Assembly: GCF_030144855.1 (NCBI RefSeq)
Contig: NC_082731.1
Coordinates: 26,102,001 to 26,166,000, forward strand
Length of the DNA stretch: 64,000 bases
Origin: Hypanus sabinus
Lineage: Eukaryota
Direction: 5' to 3'
Shown here: positions 49,361 through 62,245 of the stretch, in pieces
Layout of the letters: each line of letters opens with the position of its first letter
Position numbering within the stretch: position 1 is the first letter of the stretch
Made by a program: the position numbers and the translations under genes
The notes under the pieces: generated by a model
The model's database searches: none
The model's input: only the letters and a program-made list of their open reading frames with translations
What the model was told of the DNA's origin: nothing

Positions 49361-52300
49361 GTGAGTAAATCAATATTAAATTCAATGTTGTTATTTTGCT
49401 TGCATCTGGTCACTTGTTCAATGTGGGGGGGGGGAGTGGTAGTGCAAATGAGCATCATGAAAAATAAAATTAGTAATCACAGCAACGGTTGATGTGCGAC
49501 ACTGTCAACAAGAGTGTACAGCAATTCAATAGCATTCATTGATGTGAATTTAATTGCCAAACCTCACCATTTAGGGTTGCTTCGTGTTTCCTCCCATGTT
49601 CCTACAATATTACAGAAATTAATTCGTCTAGTCAATTCCATGTGGACTCTAAGTGCAATTCCATCAATCTCAGGAGCCCACTCGTTTTCCCGTCCATGTG
49701 CCTATCAGACCCTGTCTCTGCACCATTCGCCCACACGAGGTGGATAACCATAGACGAGTTATCAGGTCATAGTCGTGTACACCAGGAATTCGACATCCCA
49801 TGTCCTTTCGAACACCTTAACCCATCGGCATGAATACCATTTGCTGCAGTAGGACAGTGTTTTTGCTATGGTTTTTCCATTTAATCCTTAACTATATGTT
49901 CCTGATCAATCTAGTGTACCAAAAACACCATCCTGCAATGTATTGTACCTGTTGTCAGAGAGTACTTTTCCACACATTCATTGTTTTATCTGATTTGGGC
50001 TACAGTCATAAGTTTCAGGTATTGAAGAGCTCCAATATATATAGTTGCTTTAACCTGTATAATTTCAAAGAGATTCTGCGGCCTACTTGCCAGTTTGCAT
50101 GCCCCTCGTTATACCATAATAAATACTTTATGCAACATTCCTTACAGTAAAATTTGTGTTACCTATTCAATTGTGCACTTTCTTCCTAATTTTCCGAACA
50201 AGCTGTCCCCCTTACACCGATTTTGACAGTGTTCCTTGAGGAGCGAATATCATATACCTGTCAGTCTGTGGGTAAAGCATATTCTCTTAAAATAATAATT
50301 CAGAAACAGAATATATGAGGAGCACTCATCATGTCGGTCAGTATCTGTTGAAAGAGAAACAGTGCCCACATTTTAGATAAAAGACGCTTTCAACACCAGA
50401 TAATGCCTGCTTGCTGAATGTTTCACGATATTTTCTCTCTTGTTTTTAAAATTGATGTTTCTGCTAAGTATTTTTGTTATTATTGTCTACATCGCATTTA
50501 TCACCCAAGTTAGGACACTGCACAATTTCGTGTTTTTTTTCTTTTCATCTAAACATGGGCACCGAAATTTATTTATGAGATCACCGTGATTGTCGATTGA
50601 AAGAAATTCGGTTTGCAGAATTGAAGCAAAATGAATACTCGGGAGTCAAACACAATTTTAAAAAACTTTAATTTTATGAAGTAATAACTTCTTTAAAATG
50701 AATGCTGAGCCACATTAGAACGAAATTGATAGAGTAATAAAGGAGGATATGTATAAGCTCCTGGGTTTGCATATAAGGATATTGTTGAAAGTAGTGTGGC
50801 ATGTGAAAACTCGAGAATAGAACAGGACTCTTGAGATTCCTATGGAGATAAAGTGTACTGGTTTGAAATGGGGAAAGCTAATCAGGACCCTTCCAGAGAT
50901 GTGGGATTTAAGATGAAGCACGTTGTTGCAAGAATCCGTGAATAGAACACAGGCAAGTAAAATTGGTGAAATTTTCTCGACATATCGGAAATCTGGAGGA
51001 ATGGTAATGCTGTGTTCTATTTCAAAAAGACAAACCTGGAAAGTAAGCTGGAAATTGTGTGTGCACTTCAGTGATAAGAAGAGCTGGACAAGATGAGATT
51101 TTTATTTCTGCCAAGATTGTATGGAGGGTTGATACGATGACCGATTACACGTTTTTCCCCCAGGGCAGTGGTATATAAAACGAGAAGACATAGGTGTAAA
51201 GTGTGAGGTCAGATATTTAAATGGAGCTAAATGGCAAGCATTTTATGCGGATGATGGTGGATGCATGAACGAGCTGCAAGCGGAAGCTCAATACATCAGT
51301 TTCATTACAATGTTTAAAAGACAAACAGAAATGTTCATATAGAAAGGACTTGGAGGATGTGTGCCCTCAAAACTGAAGCTAGCATGGATAGATATTTAGT
51401 AGGGAAAACACGTTGGAAGGATGCCCCTGTTTCCTTGATCTATAACTCTAATCTCTTGACTCCATGTGTCAAGTTGGCCGAACAACCGTGACAGGGAGAA
51501 AACTGAAGTGGATTCTGAACGATGATATATATCTGTATTTGGAAACCCAAAGTTTGATTGGGGATAGTATGCATAAACTTTTTCTAGGAGGAAGTATCTC
51601 ATAAATTAGATTATATTTTGAGGATGTGACCAAGTAGATTGACGAGGACAATCTGAACTCAGCAACTCAGAACGACAAATCCAAAGCGATACAGCAAGCT
51701 GAATACAAAGGTTCCTCGTTGAAATAAGGTGGTATGATCAGCCAGTTTACAGATGGTGCCATAATTCGTGCTGTACTGGGAGTGAAGACGGTTGTCCAAG
51801 GATACTTTAAATATAATTGCACTGAAGAAGTAGACAAGGAATTAGCAGATGGCAGTTAATTTAGGAAATAGTGAAGTGGAGTATTTTGAGAAACTAAACC
51901 AGCCACGGATACATGAAATGAATGGTGGGTCCTGGGGTGTTATTAGAAAAGGATACCTTGAGGTACAAGTACATAGTTCCCTCTAAGAGCCGACACAGGT
52001 AAATATTTGGACAAGTACATGAACAGAAAATGTTTCGAGGGATATGGGCCAAAGACAGACAAATGAGATTGGCTTAAAGTGCATATTGATTGGTAGAAAT
52101 GATAAGGGCCGAAGAGCCTGTTTCCTCGCTAAAGAGCTGTGAATATGTTAAGTGTGAAGTTATAAGGACAAATGGCTGCTTTCGGCAGAATGATATTTCT
52201 CTGATTCCACGAAGCAGATAGTTCGTATTACATATTACAAAATAGCTATCCTTGAATTTGGAGTTTAATCTTAAGAGAAAAACTATACAGATGCATTATT

Positions 52301-52377
52301 ATTTTCCTTGATGGTTCTTTGCTTCAGTTACTGTTGCAGACTCCGAGCCCGAGCATGAACAATAAATGTTCCTTTGC

Positions 52378-52570
52378 AACACACACAAAATGCTGAAGGA
52401 ACTCAGCAAGCCAGGTAGCATCTACATAAAAGAGTGCAGTCAACTTTTCGGGACGAGACCGTTTAGCAGGGTGCAGCAGTGTCCTGCTGAAGAGTCCCGG
52501 TCCATAACTTCGACGGTACTGTTTTCGATTGTTGACTGGCCTACTGAGTTCCTCCAGCAGTTTGTTTGTG
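52378..52570. repeat. Hairpin-type interspersed repeat common in chondrichthyan DNA
   Basis: ACACACAAAATGCTGAAGGAACTCAG ... CTGAGTTCCTCCAGCAGTTTGTTTGTGT inverted ends. Confidence 0.65.
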
Positions 52571-52957
52571 TTCCTTTGATTTCCAGCATCGACGGAGTTT
52601 CTCTTGTTTTAAAAGTCCCTTTGATTCTCTGGGGTGTTTCTGGACGGGCGGTTGTCCTATGATCTACTTCGATGCGACTGTTAAGACAAGGTTTGGCAGT
52701 ACCACTACGTTGAGAGTATTGCATGTCAGTTTCAATTCTGTATGTTTATGTTGAAGTCCTTTTCTGCGACTAACAGAATAAAACACTCTCTGGTGCAAAG
52801 TTCCAGCATTTGATACTTGCCTTATCACTTTGTGCAAGGTGTTAAAATTCACAGATACATTGCGATTAGAAAACAGCACAAACGGCCGTTGGTGTCATTG
52901 TTGTAATTGGGGCCGCTAGTGGATTAGCAAATTTTTGCCTTACTCGTTCTCATTGTG

Positions 52958-53010
52958 TAGAACTAGGAAGATGATATTTGGCGGCGGCACTCAGCTGACA
53001 GTTGTGCCAA
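52958..53010 (+). CDS. TCR J segment (RTRKMIFGGGTQLTVVP)
   Basis: AATTTTTGC-12-CATTGTG; GTAAGT donor. Confidence 0.92.
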
Positions 53011-54508
53011 GTAAGTCAGTTTTTTTTTCAATTCAGCTGTGCTATTTACTGCTGACTGGTGCTTTGTAATTGTTGTCAGAAAGCTAAGGCAATGAGAACC
53101 TAGCGGTAGGGTGAAAGTCATCCAAACACTATCAACGTTTCTACATACTCCATTTGATAAAAACGTGAGCTTTATTCACAAAATATGCCAGGAAAATGTT
53201 GTTTCGTGTATTGTTGGACAGACAGGGAATACGGAATCACATTCAGTCGCAAGGCTTCAATTGCCTTCAAACATACCTTAAAAAACAAATTGGAAATAAA
53301 CTGTCAAGGCAGGCACGCGACATAAAGCCGCTCACTGATCGATGCGCAACGCCGATCTGCATAATTTCTGCAACCCTCACTACCCCTCGTCCCCGAAAAC
53401 CAAAGTCACCATCCTTCCCACATGTGCGTGTAGAAGGATGGGGCAGAACCTGTTGCTTTCTATTTGCAAGTTAACAACAAGCTTAATTCTTCTTGTGATC
53501 GGCCACATTTGAAGCGCTGACTGACATTTTAGGCCACATATAAAGTATTCTCGTGGTTTCCTGGAAGGAAAGAGCTGAAGTTCATGGATGTGGGGAAGAT
53601 TTTCTAAAATGGTTCTATAATGAGGAACTTAGGGGAAAACGCCATACTAGAGAATGATGTTGGGAAGAGAATTGAGCGACTTTGACAAACTGGGGCCTTG
53701 AATAGTGTAAATGCAGACAGGTTATTCCAATTGGAGGATGGTTCTACCAACTTGGGCGCTGCCCTGAGGAGTTCCTGTTCTTCCTGTGATTATTTGAGTT
53801 CCAGAGCCACTGCCGAACCCCCGACCAACCCCCTCCCCCCCCACCAAGCTCTTGTGTTTCCCCATATTCCAAAAGGCATAGACATTTAATTGCTGCTGGA
53901 GATTTTACCTATTGTGAATGGGTATGATGGAATGGAAGGGGGTAACTGCTCTAGCTGGAAAGGAATGGTTGGATGGAGAGAATCATGGGATATAGAGGAC
54001 ATTTGAGGACAGAGCAGATACGATATGTCGAATTCTTTCTTTGACCAAAGAAGGAACTGTGTTAAAGGAAATATCACCCAAATAGGATATGTCAGCTCTC
54101 TCGAGAAGTGCTAAAGCCAGCCTGAATCAGATTTCCAAAAGGGAGTTGAATTGACAATATGGTAATTAATTAGTTCAGCTTTGAGAGTAGTACCGGGAAA
54201 TGCGACAATGGAATAACTTCTGGAAAAAAATAACCTAAGTTCATTGGTACTCATGTTCACTTTCAGTCAAGCAGCAACTCTTCCAAACGTTTTGTTAATG
54301 TAGCTAAATAAATGACTTCGAACTAGCGGTATATATGAGGTGAAGGTATTGTAATGCTACCTTCGATGCAATCAGTCCACAGATAGTATAATTTCCATGG
54401 GTGTGTGTTTGAATATCCTAAGGCTTACAAACACGTTAGCCCAAGCAATATTTCGAAATTAGCTCGCCAGTCAAGTTGCAGGATTATGTATGAGTGTTTA
54501 TCTCAGTG

Positions 54509-54573
54509 ATATTACGATTACAACAGACAAAGAATGGTGTTTGGCAGTGGGACACAGTTGACGGTTTTGCCAA
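54509..54573 (+). CDS. TCR J segment (YYDYNRQRMVFGSGTQLTVLP)
   Basis: GGATTATGT-12-CTCAGTG; GTAAGT donor. Confidence 0.9.
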
Positions 54574-54825
54574 GTAAGTTCCAGTTCCATTGCTTCTAGT
54601 TGATGCTATTTTATGCTTTTTTCTAAACAGAACATGTCCTTTGCATCCACTGGTGCATTATTTTAAGCTTACTTTATCAGTTTGTGCAAGGGTTTATCAT
54701 TCAGTGACAGATAGTACGAAAAACACAGACATTGCAGAGAACATGCTATGAGGCCATTAACATAATTATTGGAAAATGGTCTTCATGATTAGTGACTGGT
54801 TTATGCCTGGGCATTGCTATTGTCT

Positions 54826-54876
54826 AGCTAGAAGCTGAACTTTGGTGGCATTACAGGCGATGATTTTGTCAAGAGG
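54826..54876 (+). pseudogene. Pseudo-J (*KLNFGGITG...)
   Basis: GGTTTATGC nonamer, CTGGG-starting spacer, decayed heptamer, KLxFGG motif, GTGAGT donor. Confidence 0.5.
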
Positions 54877-55839
54877 GTGAGTTCGTTTTCCTTCTGAGAA
54901 TTTACGTACTCTGATCAATTGAGTCTTAATATTGTCGCTAGAACGTTATGGTAGCGACAGCTTAGTAGTAGGGTGAAAGTCGTCCAATCAGTTTCAGCCT
55001 TTATATGTACTAGAGATATTGAACTCCTCAGCTGCAGTGACAACATCTGGCAGCAAAAAGGTCGAATTACTGAATGTACTGTTGTCCTGAAGATGAACTC
55101 AAGATAGTATTTATTTTAACTGAGTGATTTCTTGTAGCATGCCTGGAGTGCGCACGTAGGAAGACATCAATCAAGAGAGCCTCACACGTAAATAACCTCA
55201 CCACACACTGAACACCACTGGCACCCTATCTCAAGCCAAGAGCATGAAACATCTCCTGTATATGTTCAAAATGAATCCAGAAATGCTGATTTTTAATTTA
55301 TTAATAGTGTGGCTGTTGTGTCCATGACAATTTAGTGAAATTAATTATGTCAATGGTTGCTTGGAGTACTAATTTGCATTTATAGCTGGCTAAGCAAACA
55401 GGATGCCATGTCAGCTGGGTGGAGAAAGAAACTGTGTAAATGTTCCAGATCTTAGAAAATTTATCAGACTCAGATACTGCTCGACCTGCTGACTGTTGAG
55501 AAAAAAAATTCGTTTTTGGTCAAAACGCAGTTTTATGATATCTGGAGGCAGTGCATTCTAAAGTTTCCTTGCAATAGCTTAAAGTTCTGTAAAGTGTTTT
55601 AGGGGAGAGATTTGCTTTCTAATTCCTGAACTTCGGTTCCTGAACAATTTAGAACTTCTTTCTAGCAGGGAAAGCGCTAAATACAGAATTATGCTGTTCG
55701 GATGAAATCTGTATGCGCATCACAAAATCCATTTGCTGATCTCGGCTAGAGTCAGAATTGCAAATTCTTGACCCAAGCAATAGCTAGAAATTATAACGTT
55801 GTACAGTGGTAGGTTTCCATCTGGGTGACTGGAACTGCG

Positions 55840-55889
55840 AGAATAGATGTGAGGGAAAAGTAACATATGGCAGTGAAACAGTTTTGCCA
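55840..55889 (+). pseudogene. Pseudo-J (KVTYGSETVLP, internal deletion, donor lost)
   Basis: GGTTTCCAT-12-AACTGCG; ggcagtg...gttttgcca matches the J at 54509. Confidence 0.55.
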
Positions 55890-56125
55890 CATGAGTTCTA
55901 CTTTTTTTATTACTCTGCTAATTGGTGGTCACTGAACAAAACCCAAACTTTCTGCTCTAAGTTCAAAGTTTTAACTTCTATTTATTTCATTGTTTAGTAA
56001 AAGGCTTTATCATTCACTGACAGCTCGATTAAACTATAAACTACACGAAAGACTGTTGGTGTAAAAGGTGAAATATGGGCAGGTTGGTCTAGTGGAAGGT
56101 ATGTGCCTGGGAAATTGTAACTGAG

Positions 56126-56175
56126 GCAGCGGAAGTTAATATTCGGCAACGAGACGCAACTGGCAGTTGTGTCAA
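56126..56175 (+). pseudogene. Pseudo-J (QRKLIFGNETQLAVVS)
   Basis: GGTATGTGC-12-AACTGAG; donor GT>AT (ATAAGT). Confidence 0.8.
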
Positions 56176-57067
56176 ATAAGTGTTTTCCTTCTCTTCTGAG
56201 TAATGCCATTTTCTGCTGAACGGTACCTTAGTTAGGCGTCAGAGAATAAATGTGGTGGTATCTCAACTATGGAGTACAGGTCTTCAAAAGCACAAGATTT
56301 GAAAGGGGGAGAATGTATTAAATCCTGGTCTTCAATAATAACATACTACATTTTAAAAATCTGTTCTGAACTGCTATTCTACGTCAAGTCAATATTTCAT
56401 AATGTATGCCTCAAGAATTTAAATACGAAGTCATTCTCAATCCATCCAAAAGACCCTCACATCAATTTATACATCCCATTAACTGAGTTTATTCCCCTCA
56501 ATCCCCACCCCTTCTCTCTAATCAATGTCTTGCCTAACTTGGGTATCATGACTATTCAGAATACGCTCCTCTGATTTGTGCTTACTATCGCTAATCGTGT
56601 AGTGTAATAAGCTGCATGTTGATTCCTCTTGGAGTTTGAGTTCAAGTAATATGAACTGCAAAGTAACATAAATAGAAACTGTTGGCCATAGTATAACAGG
56701 TGCATATGAGAAAATTGAAGTCGAATTAATGTATGCTAAGCGGTCTTGAAACAGAAACACTGATCAAATGAGTGTCCCTCGATTTGTATTTGTAATTCAC
56801 ATATCAAGCACATAGTTTTTATTTTCTGGAATAAAGCGGGGCTACATGCAATTCTGCGCAGCATATCAGATCAGAGAACTTAATGTGCAGTTTTAACTCG
56901 CAGAATTGAGGTTTATACCGAACTTTAAAATGAGTTGAAACTTGTATGCAGAATAGCAGCCATAATGAATGGTGGGAAAGGCTGGGAAACCATATGGTCT
57001 GTTCATGCCCATATTTTCCTGTGTTTTTCATTCATTGACGAGGCTTACTCAATACGAAGCCTATTAA

Positions 57068-57467
57068 CCCTTGCATAATATTCGGGCCAATTTGACCTGT
57101 TTTGATATCTGACAGCGGGAAAAACACCCGAAATGCCATTTTTAACATAAACGTGATTACTTTTCCTAGTCACCCAAAATACGCAAAAAGGAAAATATTT
57201 AAATATTTTATGCTACAAATTTTTGTACATTGAGGCTGTTCTAGGTCAACTTTGACCCGTGTCTATTGAAATGGATATTAAATCTCTGAAATATTAATTA
57301 AGAATTAATCACCCATTTATTAATATAAGATAGATTATTTGTACATTGTAAATAGAGCTGTGGTTCAAAACTTTATATAGGCACTTGTTATAAGGGGATT
57401 CTTGGACCGGGTCAAAATTGACCCGAGCAATACTGTGAAGGTATAGAATAGGAACAGGTTGCCAAGG
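57068..57467. mobile_element. piggyBac-like non-autonomous element
   Basis: TTAA|CCCTT start, AAGG|TTAA end, inverted CGGG(C/T)CAA(A)TTTGACC subterminal motifs. Confidence 0.55.
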
Positions 57468-59409
57468 TTAATACGAAATTTTAATACTAATTGGAGAATG
57501 GTTTACTTCAGAAAATCAGCGAAGGGGAATCAAGGGAAGATGGGATTTGAGCTGCTTTATGCAATCTATATTAAAGTACTGGATAACGTAGATGCAGAGT
57601 CGGTGTGAGGAGGATGCAGAGAAACCTCTAGGAATACAGTAGATAAATGCACTGGCAAGGAGATAGCAGAAGTATTATAACACGGAAAGATGAGATATTC
57701 CATTTTGTCCGGAAGAAATACAATAGTGTCAATGGAGAAGCTGAAATCTGTTAGGAGGAACTCTGAGATCTTCATGTATACGAATTAGGAAGGTAAGTGG
57801 TGCACTGGAACTTATTGCAAAAACACTCTCATGTAAGAATAGATAACTCTGATGCAGTTTTACAGATCTCTGTTCAGGTAGCACATGGATAACATAGGAA
57901 AATCTCGTCTAAATGCAAAGAAGGAAATGTATTGAAGGTTCATGAAGTTGATTTCTATTGTAGCGCGATTGTATTATTACAAGGGGATAAAATAACTTCG
58001 GAAAGACTCGCCTAAATTTGGAATAAAGGAATCGGAAGTTGATCTCCTTGAAGTGTATGTATGATATTCTTACGGGAAGTAAAGAAATTTACAGATAATG
58101 CATCGTTTGTATCCGTGTCTCGAACTGCGTGTCACAATCTCAGAACACGGAGCCTGTACGTTAACAGGCCTCTGTAATTTACCTGTAGTGATAGGATAAG
58201 TGAAAGGAAGTTTTCTTTTTGAAAATAAAAACAAGGATAGATGAAGATTGATGAAAATAGGTGTTTAATAGGTGGGGGCGGTTCAGTGGGCTGAAATGCC
58301 TATTTCCTGGCGTATCTCTTTGTGACTAGGTAACATCGTCGCTTTATCAAACTGACAGCCCTTCTTTTTCTCAACAATCTGTATCTAAATATAGCTATAC
58401 GACAGGGAACATATCAAGGCAACCAATTCTAAACCAATTTACAGTTCTGGTTACCACATAATATCCCCAAACAGAGATTTGTCCTTTTATCAACATTACT
58501 CCCTATACTTTCTGCGTTTGCCGGCATATATTGTGCAGGTTTCCATCTATTCCTCTTCATCCATCTAAAATACACTGAAGGTAGGACAACTTCTGCACCT
58601 TTAATCACCGTTTTTAGTTACTACTCCTTATCCATCAATTCTACTTCTATTTACTTAAGGCAACACTCTAAAACTTGAATGTCACAACCCCACCACCAGC
58701 ATTACACTTTAAACTCCCCCACTCCACAGGTGGATATAAGCCCGTCCTGTTCAATAGCAAGCATTTATTTTTAAATAATTCTGTATGCACCAGGGCTGGT
58801 CCCAATGCCTCGAGAAACCTGGAACCATCTGCACAACTTTGAAGTTTGACACAATTGCCCAAATGCCCCCCTTATTTTCTTGTTATTCTTTTCTTTGGAA
58901 TGGTGAAGGGTGACACATGGATGTGATGTGTTTGATTAGTGACAGCAAACCAGGAGTTTCCAATTTCGAGGTCTTACTTTTGAAATCCTCCTTTCACTCC
59001 TAAGGGTCCAACACTGCGTCTGCAGTAACTGCACAGACTACACCAAACCCAATCTCTCTCACACCTATATTGCTCCTAATTCATCAGCATCATCCCCTAG
59101 TGCTTTTTTTCTTGGAACCAGGAGAACATCGATACGATGACAAGGACTGGAAATCTGCCACTTGAAACCATCTCTGTCCCGTTACTACCAGCCCAGAGCA
59201 TGTAATGCATTTCAGCATCAGAGTAGAGCTGATAAAACAATAAATTGAAGTTGTGGAGTTATGGAGCTTTTCTGTGATGTTAGAAAAGAGTGGAGCATTA
59301 TATGGGTTCCAATGTATATTGCACGCAAATACAGCATAAGGCAAATTGCTATGAAAACATAGAAGGTTATGTGGTGAGAGCTGTATTTGTAGCAGCTGTT
59401 CACACAGTG

Positions 59410-59457
59410 ACAATAAGCTTATCTTCGGAGGTGGCACGAAACTCACGGTGGAACCAG
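59410..59457 (+). CDS. TCR J segment (NKLIFGGGTKLTVEP)
   Basis: TGTATTTGT-12-CACAGTG; GTATGT donor. Confidence 0.93.
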
Positions 59458-60032
59458 GTATGTCGAAATATTTTGATTTTTATAAGCCTATTAAAGTAAC
59501 AGTCGTGTTTCTCATCAGGTTTTACTTGCGAGTTGGTTATTTGGTTTAACAATTTGTTCCTGGAAGGGGACTTGGCTGTACAGGTGAATGTAGTGTGAAG
59601 TGGCTGGTGATGATTCTGGTTGCTAGTGGGAACATTGCGACAATATTCATGGCAACAGCTCTCCCGGAGTCTCACCGCACTTTAGAGGTCGTTCAGCCCG
59701 TCGTGAAGATAATAGGTCCATGTAGGGTCATAGACTTCTAATCTACTTCTTTTCACACACTCCCTCGAGTGAGCTCAGGTACTTGTAATCAATTCCAGTC
59801 AAACTGAACGTCGCTGCCATTCTATTAAAGATAGCAAAGATAGGTTTTCGAACTTAAAAAATAAGGCCCCTAGTCAATTGTTTTATATATAACGAAGCTT
59901 CGTTGGCGGACTCCATTAACCACATTGATACCAAAGATTCCTACAACATGGGGGAGGGGTACTTGAGAAAGTTGTTCAATTCGTGGTTACTTTTCGCTAA
60001 TGAAAAGATCTGGCTGGGTTATTCTTGAAGTG

Positions 60033-60091
60033 AGAATATTCGACTTACAAACTCATATTTGGCAGCAGGAACCAGCTGACAGCTGGGCCAA
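60033..60091 (+). other. Atypical TCR J (EYSTYKLIFGSRNQLTAGP), open frame but weak RSS
   Basis: Heptamer TGAAGTG, no convincing nonamer; FGSR instead of FGxG; GTAAGA donor. Confidence 0.7.
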
Positions 60092-60272
60092 GTAAGAGTT
60101 GACATCTTTCCCTCTGGTTGATGTATATTTTCTGCTGCCGGCTGCTAGCCGACGGCAGAGAGAGAACAATACGATTGAAATTAAGTCAAAGATACAGAGC
60201 TCATTTTAAAGGAAACAGAGACCCGCTCATGTTGCCATTGCATTGAACATAAATTTGGAGACTCTGCACAAT

Positions 60273-60600
60273 GGCAAGCAGGCTTTTACCACTGAGGCTA
60301 TGGGAGAAAGAAACCGGATGACATGGGTTAAGGGTGAAGGGGAAAAAGTGTAAAGGGAACATTGGGGGAGAGGTTCTTTTGTACAGAGAGTGGTGTGAGT
60401 GTGGAATGAGCTGCCAAATGAAGTGGTAAATGCAGGCTCACTTTTAACATTTAAGAAAACCTTGGACAGGTGCATGGATGACAGGTGTATGGAGGGGTAT
60501 GGTCCAGGTGCAGGTCAGTGGGACTAGGCAGATAAATGGTTCAGCACAGCCAGGAAGGGCTAAAAGGACTTTCTGTGCTGTAATGTTCTATGGTTCTATG
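60273..60600 (+). mobile_element. CR1 3'-end fragment present only in the first J-module copy
   Basis: RVVxVWNELP motif and TTCTATGG tail; absent at the paralogous site ~62450. Confidence 0.75.
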
Positions 60601-61485
60601 GCTCAACTCTTAGTGTTGCTGGCTCATTAACACAGAAGCTATGGTTCAATACCAAACACTGCGCTGTATCAGTGTTCACGGGCGAACTGTGGCCACGAGG
60701 GTTCCTTTGGGTTGTCGTTCAATTCGACCCTCCTATCTTTCAAAAGTATTGAGGATTCTCAGGTTAATTTAACACTCTAAGATATTCTCTGTGTGTAAGT
60801 AAGTTGTAGACTATTAGGTCAGTTGATGAAAGATTATAGTGGGGCCTATGTTGATCCAAAGCATGGAGATTAGAATGGGATTCCCTGCATAAGCATTATG
60901 AAAGTGTGCTTAATGATCCGCAGGGTGTCCACTGGCCAAAGGACTTCTGCTGGTGTCCTATTTTTCTTACACTATGTAGCTGCAGCAAAATCAAGAACGA
61001 ATCTGCCATGGTTTTATTTTTCCGTCGTCGCACTTTGCAGGTCTTACCCTTAAAATCTAACACTGCGTCTGCAGTATCTGACCAGACTATAACTACCTCA
61101 ATCTGTCTCACATCCGCACACCTCCAAATTTTTCAGCATCATCTCAATGGTGCCCTTTTCCCGGGACACAGGAAGGCATCTATACGACAACTGGAAGGTC
61201 ATCACTACCCCACATTTATGTCCCGTCCCCACCATCTCGCAATATGTAATGCATTTCAGTACCACCGTAGAGGTGATTAAAAACAAGTTAATTTGGGTTT
61301 TGGTGTTACGGAGCTTCATTGTGATGCCGCTAAGGATGGGAGAAATATATGCATTCCACTGTAAATGGCAAGCAAATGTAGACTCAAAGTGCGCTCAGAA
61401 TGCAGAATAAGGTAATTTGCTCAGAAACCATAGAAGGGTCTCTTATGTGGTAAGAGCAGTATTTGTAGCAGCTGAATTCACCGTG

Positions 61486-61536
61486 ATGCAGAGAAGCTGA
61501 TTTTTGGAAACGGCACGAAACTCACCGTTGAACCCA
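61486..61536 (+). CDS. TCR J segment (AEKLIFGNGTKLTVEP)
   Basis: AGTATTTGT-12-CACCGTG; GTAAGT donor. Confidence 0.93.
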
Positions 61537-62180
61537 GTAAGTCATCGCCATTTACTTTTCACAAACCTGTTTAAGTAGCACTCGTGTTTTCCATCGTATT
61601 TTACTTTGGAAGTAGTTCGGTGGTGTGAAATCATATTTGGGGAAGGGAATTTGGCTCTCTGGGGGAACAGGATGAAATTGTTGCTGATGGCCCTGGTTGT
61701 TAGTGGGGAAAATGCGTCAATGCGCTGCATGACAACTCTCCTGAAGTCGTACAGAAAATAGGAGGTTGTTCAGCCCGTCCTGGTGATAACGGCTCCATGA
61801 ACGGTGATAGAATGTGAAGCCACTTATTTCGCTTCTTAATTGAGCTCAACATTTGTCATCAATTCAATCACGCTGAGCCTTCGCTTCCATTCTAATGAAA
61901 ATAGAAAGAAAGGCTAGAGCCCCAAATGATATATAAAGATTTGAAGATTGATTCCTGGATTCATGCATAAAAATGTCCTCCTAACTAGGGCGATCCCTGG
62001 ATTTGGGCTTGTGTTATAGCTATCAGGCAGAGAAACGCACAATGTTTTGTATAGAACGTCCCGTCGCAGGCTGATTGCATCAACCACATGGATAACAAGG
62101 ATTACTACAACACATGGGGTATTTGTAAAGTTGTTTAGTTCAGGTCTAATGAAAAGTCTGGGCTGGGTTATTCTTTGAGA

Positions 62181-62245
62181 GAACATTATATTTACACACT
62201 CATATTTTGCAGCATGGCCCAGCTAACAGCTGTGAGCTGTGCCAA
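62181..62245 (+). pseudogene. Pseudo-J, paralog of 60033 (YTLIFCSMAQLT..., 7-bp AGCTGTG duplication)
   Basis: Collinear with 60000-60100; heptamer lost; GTAAGT donor. Confidence 0.7.

Noticed and set aside
52650-52730. TRFGSTTTLRVLH J-like motif
   Set aside because: No credible RSS and a weak donor; an old pseudo-J cannot be excluded but is unsupported
53690-53760. NADRLFQ... after AATAGTG as a J
   Set aside because: Matches decayed CR1 3' coding sequence (VDAxRLFPL type)
61615-61670. EIIFGEGNLAL J-like motif
   Set aside because: No nonamer or donor, and the paralogous site at ~59540 lacks the motif
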